A stretch of DNA of 64,000 nucleotides from a virus, in IMG/VR virus record IMGVR_UViG_3300025853_000041, positions 1 to 64,000 of that record; one strand, given 5' to 3'. Made by a program: the position numbers and the translations under genes. Each line of letters opens with the position of its first letter. The first letter of the stretch is position 1. Below, in pieces: positions 36,546 through 46,594 of the stretch. The notes under the pieces are model-generated. The model ran no database searches. It saw only the letters and a list, made by a program, of their open reading frames with translations, and was not told the origin of the DNA.

Positions 36546-38320
36546 TGGCACAACAAAACATCAACATAGGGACACCTAATGGACAGAATGGAGATTTCGT
36601 AAGAGATGCTTTTAGTAAAGCAGAAGACAACTTCACAGAATTATATAATATAAGTACTAATAGTGTAGATGCAGGAGCTGAATGGCGTGGAGGTTTAGAC
36701 TTTTATGTCTTTGCAAACAGCTTTAAAGTTGAAAATGTATGGTATAGTGCAGTAGCACAAACTTTAAGTCTTGCTGCTGCTAATGCAACTTTTGATAGAA
36801 TCGATTTAGCAGTAGCTAATATAAATGGTACAGTGCAAATTATTACAGGAGAAATTACAGGTGCAACACCTGCTGAGCCTAATTATGACCACGAAACACA
36901 ATTCCCTATCAAATTTATCTTTGTTTCTGCAGGTGCCACAGACCCAACAGGATATGGGAATGTTCAAATATTTGATGAAGATTTAGGAGACCCAACAGAA
37001 TGGAATTTCACAGCAGATGCACCAGAAGTAACAATTAATCCAGCCATATCCTATTCAGGAACTAAATCAGTTGAAGGTTTGAACACACTTCATGAAACTG
37101 CTTATTTTAGTTCACCATCAGCAGTAAATACAGCCGAAATGAATACTTTATCTTTTTGGGTAAAGTTAAAAGAGAACTATCAAGTAAAAGGTAAAATATT
37201 TGTTTATTTTGGTAGTGGTGCTGCTGAAACTCAAAGAGTCCCTATAAGTGTAGCTGAGATTAGACATAATCAATATGGTTTTGATGCTTTAGATACTGGT
37301 TGGCAACAAATTATTTTGCCTATTGCAGATGTGGATATTTATATTCCTGCTGTATCAGTAATTGAAATCAAACCTTACAAAGATATTGGAGGTACTACTG
37401 GATGGTATATTGATGATGTAATATTACAAACATCAACTACTGGAGGAATACCCACAGAACCTACTATACCTTCAAAAACTTCAGGAATAGAGAATGATGG
37501 TGCTGATGGTACTTCTACCTATGTAGAAGCTTCAGTTTTAGGGGCAGTAGCAACAAGTAATGATTACAATGATTTACTTAATCTTCCTGCACTAGTAACA
37601 GTAGCAACATCAGGGGATTACAATGATTTAAGTAATTTACCTTCTTTAGCTACTGTGGCTACATCAGGAGATTACAACGACTTAAGTAATTTACCAAGTT
37701 TAGCAACAGTTGCTACATCAGGTGACTATAATGATTTAAGTAATCTGCCAACTCTTTCTGATGAAATCTCAACAACTACTTTTAGACTAGTAGATGGAGC
37801 AACACCAACAAAAAAGATGTCATTTGATGTCTCAAATGTCCCAGCAGTAACAACTTGGGGAATGAGCTTTATAGGAGAAGGAACAATAATCACAGAAGAG
37901 TGGTTGACAGCTAACCCTTCTTCTCCAGTATCAAGTGTAAAAGAAGTGAAAGTAACTTTAACTCCTGCCCAACTATTGAATTTACAAACTACACCAGTTG
38001 TAGTAGTACCAGCAGGAGGAGCAAATACAGTTATAAAGATTCTAGCTATTACTGGATATCTTAACTTTAATACAGTTGCTTACGACTTTACAACACAACT
38101 TGATTTTAAATATGAAACAAGTGGTATTGAAATAAATGTAGGAGTAATTGCAGATTGGAATGCTGGAGCTATTCAAGCTTTTGATATTGATAAAACAGGA
38201 CCAAGTGGAGGAGAGTTATCAATTAATGAAGGTATAGCTTTATCTACTGTTACAAATGCAACAGTAGGTAATAGTGATATTAAACTTACAATTTTATATG
38301 CAATACAAGATTTTAGTTAA
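36545..38320 (+). CDS. tail fibre-like protein with carbohydrate-binding-like domain and tandem repeats
   Basis: MAQQNINIG...GD.VRDAF.K...NFTELY N-terminus; LSFWVK...GWQQIILP...WYIDDV beta-sandwich; 4x 18-aa repeats. Confidence 0.7.
   Translation: MAQQNINIGTPNGQNGDFVRDAFSKAEDNFTELYNISTNSVDAGAEWRGGLDFYVFANSFKVENVWYSAVAQTLSLAAANATFDRIDLAVANINGTVQIITGEITGATPAEPNYDHETQFPIKFIFVSAGATDPTGYGNVQIFDEDLGDPTEWNFTADAPEVTINPAISYSGTKSVEGLNTLHETAYFSSPSAVNTAEMNTLSFWVKLKENYQVKGKIFVYFGSGAAETQRVPISVAEIRHNQYGFDALDTGWQQIILPIADVDIYIPAVSVIEIKPYKDIGGTTGWYIDDVILQTSTTGGIPTEPTIPSKTSGIENDGADGTSTYVEASVLGAVATSNDYNDLLNLPALVTVATSGDYNDLSNLPSLATVATSGDYNDLSNLPSLATVATSGDYNDLSNLPTLSDEISTTTFRLVDGATPTKKMSFDVSNVPAVTTWGMSFIGEGTIITEEWLTANPSSPVSSVKEVKVTLTPAQLLNLQTTPVVVVPAGGANTVIKILAITGYLNFNTVAYDFTTQLDFKYETSGIEINVGVIADWNAGAIQAFDIDKTGPSGGELSINEGIALSTVTNATVGNSDIKLTILYAIQDFS
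37538..37753 (+). repeat. 4 x 54-nt in-frame tandem repeat (LATVATSGDYNDLSNLPS)
   Basis: Visible in the translation; DNA copies differ at synonymous sites. Confidence 0.9.
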
Positions 38321-38328
38321 TATTTAAA

Positions 38329-38766
38329 ATGAAAAAAAGTAAACTGATATTAAAATTTATAATAGGGATAGTGCTTCTTGCACTATCTCTATTTCTAATG
38401 AAAGAAACTTTTATTTTAGGAATCGTTAGTGTATTAGTTGCTAATATCTACAAAAGAAGATTCTTTGAAGGTTTAGCTAGAATAGGAGACATATTTACAG
38501 CAGGAGCTTATTGTATTGATGTGTTTGGATGTGTAGTCTTACAAGTACCTTTAAACTGGTTATTCTTATCTAAGAATAGCAAACATAAATTTGGCAGCAA
38601 GTATGAGACTATTAGTTATGTTTTAGGTAAAAACCAAATAGGTATAACTTTAACTAAGGTAGGAAAAGGACTTGTTGCAATTTTAGATTTTTTAGACCCT
38701 GGGCATTGCTTAAATACAGTGATATATACAGAGGGAATATTTGGCAACAAAAAAATAAGAAAATAA
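38329..38766 (+). CDS. membrane protein
   Basis: Hydrophobic N-terminal half; ETISYVLGKN...LDFLDPGHC. Confidence 0.65.
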   Translation: MKKSKLILKFIIGIVLLALSLFLMKETFILGIVSVLVANIYKRRFFEGLARIGDIFTAGAYCIDVFGCVVLQVPLNWLFLSKNSKHKFGSKYETISYVLGKNQIGITLTKVGKGLVAILDFLDPGHCLNTVIYTEGIFGNKKIRK

Positions 38767-38829
38767 GATGCTAAATTTAGCTCTTAAATGCTGCAGAAAG
38801 TATTATAATTAAACAATAAAACAATAAAA

Positions 38830-40062
38830 ATGATAAATCTAGACTTAAAAAATACAAAAGACAAAAACTTAATAAGAACTCAATTAAATTTTCAAGAGAT
38901 ATACAGAGAGTTAGGGAATATTCCAGCTCCTGTTGCAAGTGCTCCTTCTCTAGGAGACTTAGAATTATCTGCTATTGGAAATAACTTTGGTTTGGAAAGT
39001 GTTGCTTTAGTGCATGGTACAGGTCCTGGAACAATTACTTTAGAAAATGGCAGCTCTAATGTTGTAGGTAATGGAACAGAATTTACTGACTCTTCTTTTA
39101 AAGGATTAGAATATTGGTACCAAATAGTTGTAATACTGCCAGGAGGAGTACACAAATATATTTCTTTTGCAGACCCAGCACCAGATGATGTAACTCATGA
39201 ATTTTCTGGTGATGGAGTATATGATAATCCTTACTATGAAGGGGTTCCTTCAGCAACTTGGGATGGACCTTCAGGAGAATATAATTATTTAATAGGTTTT
39301 GGTACTGCGTTAACTGGATATAATAGTGTAGGATTTGGATATGCTAACATCCACAGTAATGATGATGGTGCTGTCTTTGGTCAGGAAAACAGAGTAACTG
39401 GTCTAAGAGATGTAGTATTTGGAAAATATAACATTACTGTAAGTGGAGTACAGTCTTTTCAAAGATTTATTCATGGGCAAAATAACCATTCAGGAGGTAT
39501 TAAAAATTTTCAAATATTTGGAGACAATAATAACTTTGATGGTTTTAGTGGAGGTATCTTTGCTGTTTTTGGAGATAATAATTCTGCAACTAGCAATGTA
39601 TCCAATGGAGCTATATTTGGAAGTAATAATATTATGTCAAGACAAGGGGCTCACATTTTTGGAAGTAATAATATCAATTATGGGACACCTAATTATTTAT
39701 TTGGGAACAATCTAACAGGGCATTCAGGTTATGAATTTGTTTTTGGTCAATATAACACAACTTATACACCAAATTCACTTTTTCTTTGGGATGCTGCAGA
39801 TAGATTAATAGTTATAGGTAATGGTACAGGTGCAGGAAGTCTCAGTGATGCTCTAGTTATGTACAAAAATGGGCAAACTGTTTTTGGTGCAACAGTAGCA
39901 GTAGGAGAATATATAGTAGCTACTTTACCAGTAGCCCCTGCAACAGGAAGTATGGCTTATGTTACAGATGCAACAGCTCCAACTTATTTAGGAACTCTAA
40001 CAGGAGGTGGTGCAGTAGTGTGTCCAGTATTCTATAATGGAACTGCTTGGGTATCTCACTAA
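38830..40062 (+). CDS. tail fibre/spike with beta-roll (YadA-like) repeats
   Basis: Repeated (I/V)FG.NN units; IVIGNGTG...SDALVMYKNG; fibre-type C-terminus. Confidence 0.7.
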   Translation: MINLDLKNTKDKNLIRTQLNFQEIYRELGNIPAPVASAPSLGDLELSAIGNNFGLESVALVHGTGPGTITLENGSSNVVGNGTEFTDSSFKGLEYWYQIVVILPGGVHKYISFADPAPDDVTHEFSGDGVYDNPYYEGVPSATWDGPSGEYNYLIGFGTALTGYNSVGFGYANIHSNDDGAVFGQENRVTGLRDVVFGKYNITVSGVQSFQRFIHGQNNHSGGIKNFQIFGDNNNFDGFSGGIFAVFGDNNSATSNVSNGAIFGSNNIMSRQGAHIFGSNNINYGTPNYLFGNNLTGHSGYEFVFGQYNTTYTPNSLFLWDAADRLIVIGNGTGAGSLSDALVMYKNGQTVFGATVAVGEYIVATLPVAPATGSMAYVTDATAPTYLGTLTGGGAVVCPVFYNGTAWVSH

Positions 40063-40105
40063 ACAATAAAAAAGACAAAAACCTTTTTATTTAAGGATTA
40101 ATTTG

Positions 40106-40113
40106 TATATTTG
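40106..40113 (+). promoter_or_regulatory. sigmaA -7 element
   Basis: TATATTTG upstream of the holin-like gene. Confidence 0.55.
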
Positions 40114-40170
40114 CAAAATAATATATTATAATGTCCTCATTTTTCTATTTGAACTTAAAAGAGTATTATA

Positions 40171-40758
40171 ATGAAAACAATTCAAATGCATAGACCATTT
40201 TATCTTTTAAATTTAGTATCAAATTTTAATTGGAAGAATCTTTGGATACTACTTCCAGCTCCACTTTTAGCTCAAATAGAAACTGTGATATACCCATTAA
40301 TAGCACTCTTTTTTGTTATATCTATTGATTTACTTACTGCATTGGTATCTTATTTTTGCCAGCTTAGACAAGAAAGAACAACTTCTTTGAAATTTTCAGA
40401 TTATAGATATGGAATTATATCAGGAGGAATAAGACAAACAATAGCAAAATCATACCAATATATAATGGCAGCCATTGTAGTCTTTGTAGTAGAAATCTAT
40501 GGCTTTGGAGGTGAAATTGAATTTACAGTACCATTAATTAATTTAGATGCTACTTTAACAAAATTTTTACTTTGGGCATTTGTTATGATTGAAGTAAAGA
40601 GTATTGATGAGAATTTAAAAGATGTTTCAGGAAAATCAGCCATAGGTTCTATTGCTGATATCTTCACATATTTTAGGGAAATTACTTCCAAAGTAACAGG
40701 ACAGACAAACAAAGAAGTCAAGTACTGGGAAGACAATGAAAACCCTGAAGGTCACTAA
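40171..40758 (+). CDS. holin-like protein
   Basis: Three to four TM segments; IDLLTA...S.G.RQT..K...IEVKSIDENL pattern. Confidence 0.75.
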   Translation: MKTIQMHRPFYLLNLVSNFNWKNLWILLPAPLLAQIETVIYPLIALFFVISIDLLTALVSYFCQLRQERTTSLKFSDYRYGIISGGIRQTIAKSYQYIMAAIVVFVVEIYGFGGEIEFTVPLINLDATLTKFLLWAFVMIEVKSIDENLKDVSGKSAIGSIADIFTYFREITSKVTGQTNKEVKYWEDNENPEGH

Positions 40759-40767
40759 AAAATACAT

Positions 40768-42090
40768 ATGATAAAAAAACAAATAATTAACCACCTTGTT
40801 AACAATGGTGGAAAATTAGGTACAGGAGAAACTTGGCTATCAATAGCTGAAAGATATGAAATTACAGCTCCAAATAAAAAGAGAGCACAAAAAGACAGTA
40901 AATACAGGAAAAAAGCAATAAGTAGGGAAGCTCAAAGAATGTGGCAATCCTATATAAAACAAGAAAAAAAGTTAAGTCTAGTAAAACAAACCTTTAAAAA
41001 TAATGAATTACAGTTTGAGACATTCAAACAAGAGGTAAAACAAGAGGTAGATATAGATTACGATAACTTTGAAATTGAAAGAGTAACAACTAATCCAAAT
41101 GGTAATCCTTGGATTAAAATGAAAAAGAAAGAGAATTTCTATTCTGAAGAGCATCTACAAACTTTAAAAGAAATTCTTACAAAAGAAATTACACCTTACA
41201 AATATGAACCCAACCTTTTCACAAACAATAAAGCACACTTTGTATATGGTTCAGATAAGCATATAGGAGCTCTTACTAAATTAGACTCCATTTATCAGAA
41301 CAAATATGATAGAAGTGTAATGAGAGAAAGAATAGTTTATGCTACTATTAAAAATATTGAGGAAAGTGTTGCTTTACATGGAAAATTTGAAGCTTTATAT
41401 ATTATGGATTTTGGTGATGCTTTAGATGGGTATAATCAAAAGACCACAGGAGGACTAAGAGGAACATCCTCACACACACTACCTCAACAATTAAATAATA
41501 GAGAGCAACAAGATTTTTATGTAGAATTACATAGAGAGTTGTTTGATTTAATTGTAAAAGGAGAATATGCAGCAGAAATCTATTTTGTTGCCACAAGTAA
41601 CTCAAATCATGGTGGAGACTTTGAATATGGAGCTATGAGACACCTTCAAACTTATTTGGAGTGTAAATACCCATTTATCAAAACTTATGTCTCCTACCAG
41701 CCTTATAATCATTTTGTCTTTGGAGGTCATGCAATAGTTTTTGGTCATGGAAAAGATGATGAAGATATGAAGAATGGTTTACCTTTAGTTATTAATGATA
41801 AGGTCTCTACTGTTCTTTCTGATTATATTAGGGTAAATGAACTAGATAAATACAATGTTAGTGTCATAAGTGGAGATTTACATCAATCAGCAGAAGGGTA
41901 CGCTAAAAACTTTAGATATAAGAAAGTACTATCCCAATATGGTAGTAGTAAATGGATGCACACAAACTTTGGTTCAGGACAACCTGGGCTATCATCTGAG
42001 GTGTATGTTTACAATTCTAAAAAGATTTATAAAGAGGACGAATTCTTTGATATTGAAAATGAATCCAATACAGGGATAGATTTTAAATAA
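40768..42090 (+). CDS. calcineurin-like metallophosphoesterase
   Basis: SDKHIG, DFGD, SNHG, GHG, GDLH motifs. Confidence 0.8.
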   Translation: MIKKQIINHLVNNGGKLGTGETWLSIAERYEITAPNKKRAQKDSKYRKKAISREAQRMWQSYIKQEKKLSLVKQTFKNNELQFETFKQEVKQEVDIDYDNFEIERVTTNPNGNPWIKMKKKENFYSEEHLQTLKEILTKEITPYKYEPNLFTNNKAHFVYGSDKHIGALTKLDSIYQNKYDRSVMRERIVYATIKNIEESVALHGKFEALYIMDFGDALDGYNQKTTGGLRGTSSHTLPQQLNNREQQDFYVELHRELFDLIVKGEYAAEIYFVATSNSNHGGDFEYGAMRHLQTYLECKYPFIKTYVSYQPYNHFVFGGHAIVFGHGKDDEDMKNGLPLVINDKVSTVLSDYIRVNELDKYNVSVISGDLHQSAEGYAKNFRYKKVLSQYGSSKWMHTNFGSGQPGLSSEVYVYNSKKIYKEDEFFDIENESNTGIDFK

Positions 42091-42097
42091 TTTTTAT

Positions 42098-42105
42098 TAT
42101 CTTTG
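42098..42105 (+). promoter_or_regulatory. sigmaA -7 element
   Basis: TATCTTTG ending 4 nt before the ATG at 42110. Confidence 0.55.
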
Positions 42106-42109
42106 TCAG

Positions 42110-42820
42110 ATGAATGAAAATAAAATCATTGGTTTCTTTAAAGATTTAGAATTTAATGAACCCAACCACATATATAGTGTAAATGGAAACAGGATTAAAA
42201 ATTCTGTTTCCAAACTTATTAAAAGATTTGTCAAGAAAACAGATTTTGACGATATTGCTATAAGTATTGATAATAGAGATAGTCTTCCCAATGGGACTAC
42301 CTCTATGATGTGGAAACTTAACTCTGAGGTGTCCTTATCTATTGGAACTGCAGCTCATTATTTTGGAGAGATGTATCCTTTCAATAAAATATTAAAACCT
42401 TCAAATGGTTATGAAGAGGCAATAGTTAAGTTTTGGAATGATTTACCTGACCATATAGTTCCTGTTGTAATGGAACTAAAGATGTACCATAAAGACTATA
42501 TGTTTGCAGGTACTGGGGATATTCTTCTATATAACACTAAGACAGGGCATTATATTATAGGAGATTACAAAACTAATAAAGACCTCTTTAAGAATTTTAA
42601 AGAGCAAAGGATGTTAAAAATCTTTAAGGATTTATTAGACATGCCTATAAACCACTATCAATTACAACTTTCTTTCTACCAAATATTGTTTGAACAAACA
42701 GGATATACAGTAGAAGGAAGAAAAATTATTTGGTTAAAACCTAATGGAGAATATGAAATGTTTGACGCTCAGGATTATACAAATGAATTAAAAGAATATT
42801 TAAAATCAAATAAGGTATGA
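42110..42820 (+). CDS. PD-(D/E)xK exonuclease
   Basis: GTAAH, AGTGDI, IGDYKT, YQLQLSFY. Confidence 0.85.
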   Translation: MNENKIIGFFKDLEFNEPNHIYSVNGNRIKNSVSKLIKRFVKKTDFDDIAISIDNRDSLPNGTTSMMWKLNSEVSLSIGTAAHYFGEMYPFNKILKPSNGYEEAIVKFWNDLPDHIVPVVMELKMYHKDYMFAGTGDILLYNTKTGHYIIGDYKTNKDLFKNFKEQRMLKIFKDLLDMPINHYQLQLSFYQILFEQTGYTVEGRKIIWLKPNGEYEMFDAQDYTNELKEYLKSNKV

Positions 42821-43344
42821 AATTAGAATATTATGTGGAGAAACTCCCACGTTTATTTTGGAGAGTCAAACAATTAGAAGTAGCCACAGGAGGAATAGAA
42901 GAGGGTAGTAAAAAGTTGATTCAATATACAGTAGATAACTACACAGCTTTATTAGCTGTGCCAACTCCTTCTGTAAATGAATTTGCTTTTGTAAAGAATT
43001 CCCAGGGAACTAGTTGGCTTCCAGGGACACTAGGGGGAACATACTATGGTAAAGGGTTATATATATACAGTGGAGCTGATTGGGTAGAAGCTAATATAGA
43101 AATTAACACAGCTTTAGCAGACCTTTATAGAGAACACCAAGTAGAGTTTATTACTTCTGACATAGTATTAGAAGATTCAACAACTTTTGATGGACAAATA
43201 GTTATTAAAAATGTTACAGAAGGTCCTTTAAATGTGAACACAGTAGCTTTAGATAAACTTGAAGGTTTAGACACTCAAATTATATATGGGGGAGAATCTT
43301 TTACAATAAGAAAATATCAAATAAACGATTACAGAATAGTTTAA
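42817..43344 (+). CDS. putative fibre-associated structural protein
   Basis: 175 aa; GLYIYSGADW fibre-like motif. Confidence 0.6.
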   Translation: MKLEYYVEKLPRLFWRVKQLEVATGGIEEGSKKLIQYTVDNYTALLAVPTPSVNEFAFVKNSQGTSWLPGTLGGTYYGKGLYIYSGADWVEANIEINTALADLYREHQVEFITSDIVLEDSTTFDGQIVIKNVTEGPLNVNTVALDKLEGLDTQIIYGGESFTIRKYQINDYRIV

Positions 43345-43360
43345 AATAAAATAAGAAATT

Positions 43361-44155
43361 ATGACACTTATAAGAAATACAAACAATTGGATTGAACACG
43401 CTAAAGAGATTATCTTTGCAGAAGATGGTGTTCGTGTTAGTGTAGAGGCAAAGAATAAAGACCTACTTAAATTTGGTAGAAATAGTCTAGTCAACACTTT
43501 AAAATCTACTATAATGACATTACCTGCTGGAATAGACAATGAAATCTTTGTGAATTCTAATTTAATAAATACAATGGTTTCAACCAATCCAGGAGATACC
43601 CAGACAGTAGAGCTTGAAGGGCATACAATAAGTGGTGGTTTATTTACATTTGTAGTTCAAAATGTTACTCTTACAGGTCAAACACCAGTAGCTTTATCAA
43701 CACCTCTTGCAAGAGTATCTAGAATTCGTAACAGACTTTCAGCTACTGATTTACTTGGGACTATTTATGTAACCGAGACTGACACATTTTCAGCAGGTGG
43801 TGTTCCTAATACACCTTCAAAAGTACATATAATGGTGAATGCAGGGTTAAATAATTCAGAAAAAGCAGCCACCACCATATCTAATAACGATTATTGGTTA
43901 GTCACAAAATTTTATGGGGATTGTCTTGAAAAAACAGCTACCTATGGGACTGTACATTTTGAAGTCAGATTACCAGGGGGTGTTTTCTTTAATCTAGTAG
44001 ATATAGCTGCATCAACAAATTTTTCTGGTGTACACTTTTTTGAACCCTATGTTATTATAAAACCAAATTCAGATGTGAGATTAAGAGCATTATCGAGTGC
44101 TGTTGGAAAAGATTTTTCTGGGGGAATTCAAGGGGTTTTATTAACTGCACAATAA
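43361..44155 (+). CDS. putative structural protein
   Basis: 264-aa beta-rich ORF in the late operon. Confidence 0.65.
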   Translation: MTLIRNTNNWIEHAKEIIFAEDGVRVSVEAKNKDLLKFGRNSLVNTLKSTIMTLPAGIDNEIFVNSNLINTMVSTNPGDTQTVELEGHTISGGLFTFVVQNVTLTGQTPVALSTPLARVSRIRNRLSATDLLGTIYVTETDTFSAGGVPNTPSKVHIMVNAGLNNSEKAATTISNNDYWLVTKFYGDCLEKTATYGTVHFEVRLPGGVFFNLVDIAASTNFSGVHFFEPYVIIKPNSDVRLRALSSAVGKDFSGGIQGVLLTAQ

Positions 44156-44179
44156 ATTATGAAAACAAAAAAATAAATT

Positions 44180-44950
44180 ATGATAATAAGAGAAATCATA
44201 CAAAGGGTTCAGTCACTATACTCAAAAGGAGTACAGTCTGATGATAGTAGATTGTCTTCAAGACATGTTTACAATAAACTCTTATCCACAAGGGCTAAGA
44301 TTTTAACACAAAAAATTAATAAGAGACAACCTATAAGTCAATGGGTATATCAAACTTTACCTTGTGTAGAGATGATTTCAGCTCTACCTTCTGAGTGCCC
44401 CTGTTTGCCTCCAGTTGGATGTAAGATTCTTAGAAGTAAATACCCATTACCAGCACCTTTAGTAGGGCATATGAATGGGCATGTCTTACAATCAGTTACA
44501 TCTATTGAAGGTAGTATAATATTTTCTGAGACCAATTGGGAGAAGAAAAAATATGCTGTTGGTAATAAATACACAGCAAAGAAACCTGATTTTTTTATAA
44601 GAAATAATTATCTGTATATTACAACTAAAACAGCTCCTAAAGTTATAGCAGTGACTGGTCTATTTAATGACCCACTTGAAGCAGCTAAGTATCCAAGTAT
44701 TTGTGGTACAACAGATTGTAAAGATACAACTATTATTACAGAAAGTAAGTATGAAGAGCAAACAGGATATAAGCCTGAGGATAATTGTCCTGAGTGTCTT
44801 AGTCCTTTAGATTTAGAGTTGCCTTTAGATAATGAAACAGTAGATACAGTAATAGAGATAGCAGTGATAGAACTTATTGATAGATTTGTCCCTAATGTAG
44901 AGGACACTAGCAATAATAGTACTGACACACCAAAAGAACAAAGTAAATAA
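44180..44950 (+). CDS. tail ring protein
   Basis: SDDSRLS.R, QTLPCVE, ILRSKYPLP, NNYLYI, GLFNDP patterns of crAss-like ring proteins. Confidence 0.7.
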   Translation: MIIREIIQRVQSLYSKGVQSDDSRLSSRHVYNKLLSTRAKILTQKINKRQPISQWVYQTLPCVEMISALPSECPCLPPVGCKILRSKYPLPAPLVGHMNGHVLQSVTSIEGSIIFSETNWEKKKYAVGNKYTAKKPDFFIRNNYLYITTKTAPKVIAVTGLFNDPLEAAKYPSICGTTDCKDTTIITESKYEEQTGYKPEDNCPECLSPLDLELPLDNETVDTVIEIAVIELIDRFVPNVEDTSNNSTDTPKEQSK

Positions 44951-45408
44951 TGAAAAATTTAAGAGAAAGTTATAAATTATATAAAACCTTAGTAAACAAT
45001 CCAATAGATATTAAAGACTATTTATTGTTAGCTGCCCAGTATAATTCTTTTTTGATAGAAAAAGTATTAGCTGGTAAAGAAGTTACCCTTCCTTCAAGAA
45101 TGGGTACTTTATCAATTGTAGGCAGAAAACAAAAAATAAGATTTGATGAAGATGGAAAAGTAGTTGGTTTAGCCCCTGATTGGGTAAAAACTAAAGAATT
45201 GTGGTTAAATAATCCACAAGCTAAAAAAGAAAAGAAACTTCTCTACCATACCAATCCACATACAGATAATGTGAGGTATAAGTTTTTATGGTCAAAGAAA
45301 AATGTTGCAGTAGAGAATAAAACTCTATATTCATTAAGATTGACTAGAGATAACAAAAGAGCTGTACATAAAAAAATTATGGAGGGCACTTTATATAAAA
45401 CAGTTTAA
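44950..45408 (+). CDS. IHF-like protein of the crAss tail module
   Basis: GKEVTLPSRMGTLSI, PDWVKTKELW, N.HT...YKFLWSK. Confidence 0.65.
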   Translation: MKNLRESYKLYKTLVNNPIDIKDYLLLAAQYNSFLIEKVLAGKEVTLPSRMGTLSIVGRKQKIRFDEDGKVVGLAPDWVKTKELWLNNPQAKKEKKLLYHTNPHTDNVRYKFLWSKKNVAVENKTLYSLRLTRDNKRAVHKKIMEGTLYKTV

Positions 45409-45409
45409 A

Positions 45410-45670
45410 ATGGATGGACTAGAAAACAAAGAGGTAACAATTATTGGAAAAGACAATAGTACATTACCAGAAGGAGCAAAGGTAACAAAGAAAAGAGTTG
45501 ATATTACAGTAGAACAGATTGAGAATGGATTTATTCTTAAGAAAAACTATGATATAAGCTATACTTTAGGTGGTAAACAAGATTATTTATACTACTGTAA
45601 AAAAGTTTACAGTGAAGATAACCCTATTGAAATAAAAGAAGATAAAATGCTTGCAGATTATTTCGACTAA
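45410..45670 (+). CDS. hypothetical protein
   Basis: 86 aa; VEQIENGFIL. Confidence 0.7.
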   Translation: MDGLENKEVTIIGKDNSTLPEGAKVTKKRVDITVEQIENGFILKKNYDISYTLGGKQDYLYYCKKVYSEDNPIEIKEDKMLADYFD

Positions 45671-45682
45671 AAATATAAAAAG

Positions 45683-46594
45683 ATGAGTATGTTAAATTAT
45701 GTAACTATTGACAGGATATTTTCCAAACTACACAGGGACTTAAGAGGTACTGAAACAAATGAAACTGATGTTATTGAATGGATTGGGGAAGCTTTAGATT
45801 TCTTAAAAGTACCTCAAGTACTTGAAGAGAGGGTAGCTATTGTTACTGTATCTGATTATCACGCTGAGATACCTGATAATTTACATATGGTTACTCAGAT
45901 AGCAAGAAATAATAGTTGGACAAAATCTTGTGCCTGTGAAGGAGCATGTGCTTGTACAACAGAAGAAACAGTGGTGGAAACTGCTACTCCCTGTGACGAG
46001 GACCCATGTAATACTGTAAATCCAGAAATTACTTTAGATGATTGGTCCTATACAATCTGGACCAGTTCAGAGCTATACCAAAGAAATTATACTCCTGTCA
46101 GGCTTGCCACAGGAAGTTTTTTCAACAATTTAGTATGTAAAGAAAAAGATTTATCTCTATATTTGACCTGTGAGGATGAATATACCATTGTGGGTACTAC
46201 TTGTAAGAGGCTTAGATTTAATTTTATTGAAGGTCAGGTAGCTATTTCTTATTTAAAGAATGTGGCAGATGAAGATACTGGATATCCTTTAATACCTGAG
46301 AACATCTCTTATATAACAGCAATCACTTATTATATCAAGTGGAAGTTAGCTGAATTATTTGAATGGGCAGGCAGAGAAGGTTGGGCAGGTAAGGCAGAAA
46401 AAGCTGAACAAAGATGGCTTAAGTATGCAAGACAAGCAAAGAACCAACAAAAAATGCCAAAGACTTTAGATGAATATCAAAATCTTTTAGAGCAAACACA
46501 CTACTTAATTCCAAATCACAAGAGATATTATGGTTACTTTGGAAACTTAGGTAAAAGCCAAACAAGACAATTTAATAATTTTAATCGAGTATAA
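45683..46594 (+). CDS. tail tubular/ring protein
   Basis: DVIEWIGEAL, G.VAISY...DEDTGYPLIP, AI.YYI; precedes the muzzle gene. Confidence 0.75.
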   Translation: MSMLNYVTIDRIFSKLHRDLRGTETNETDVIEWIGEALDFLKVPQVLEERVAIVTVSDYHAEIPDNLHMVTQIARNNSWTKSCACEGACACTTEETVVETATPCDEDPCNTVNPEITLDDWSYTIWTSSELYQRNYTPVRLATGSFFNNLVCKEKDLSLYLTCEDEYTIVGTTCKRLRFNFIEGQVAISYLKNVADEDTGYPLIPENISYITAITYYIKWKLAELFEWAGREGWAGKAEKAEQRWLKYARQAKNQQKMPKTLDEYQNLLEQTHYLIPNHKRYYGYFGNLGKSQTRQFNNFNRV

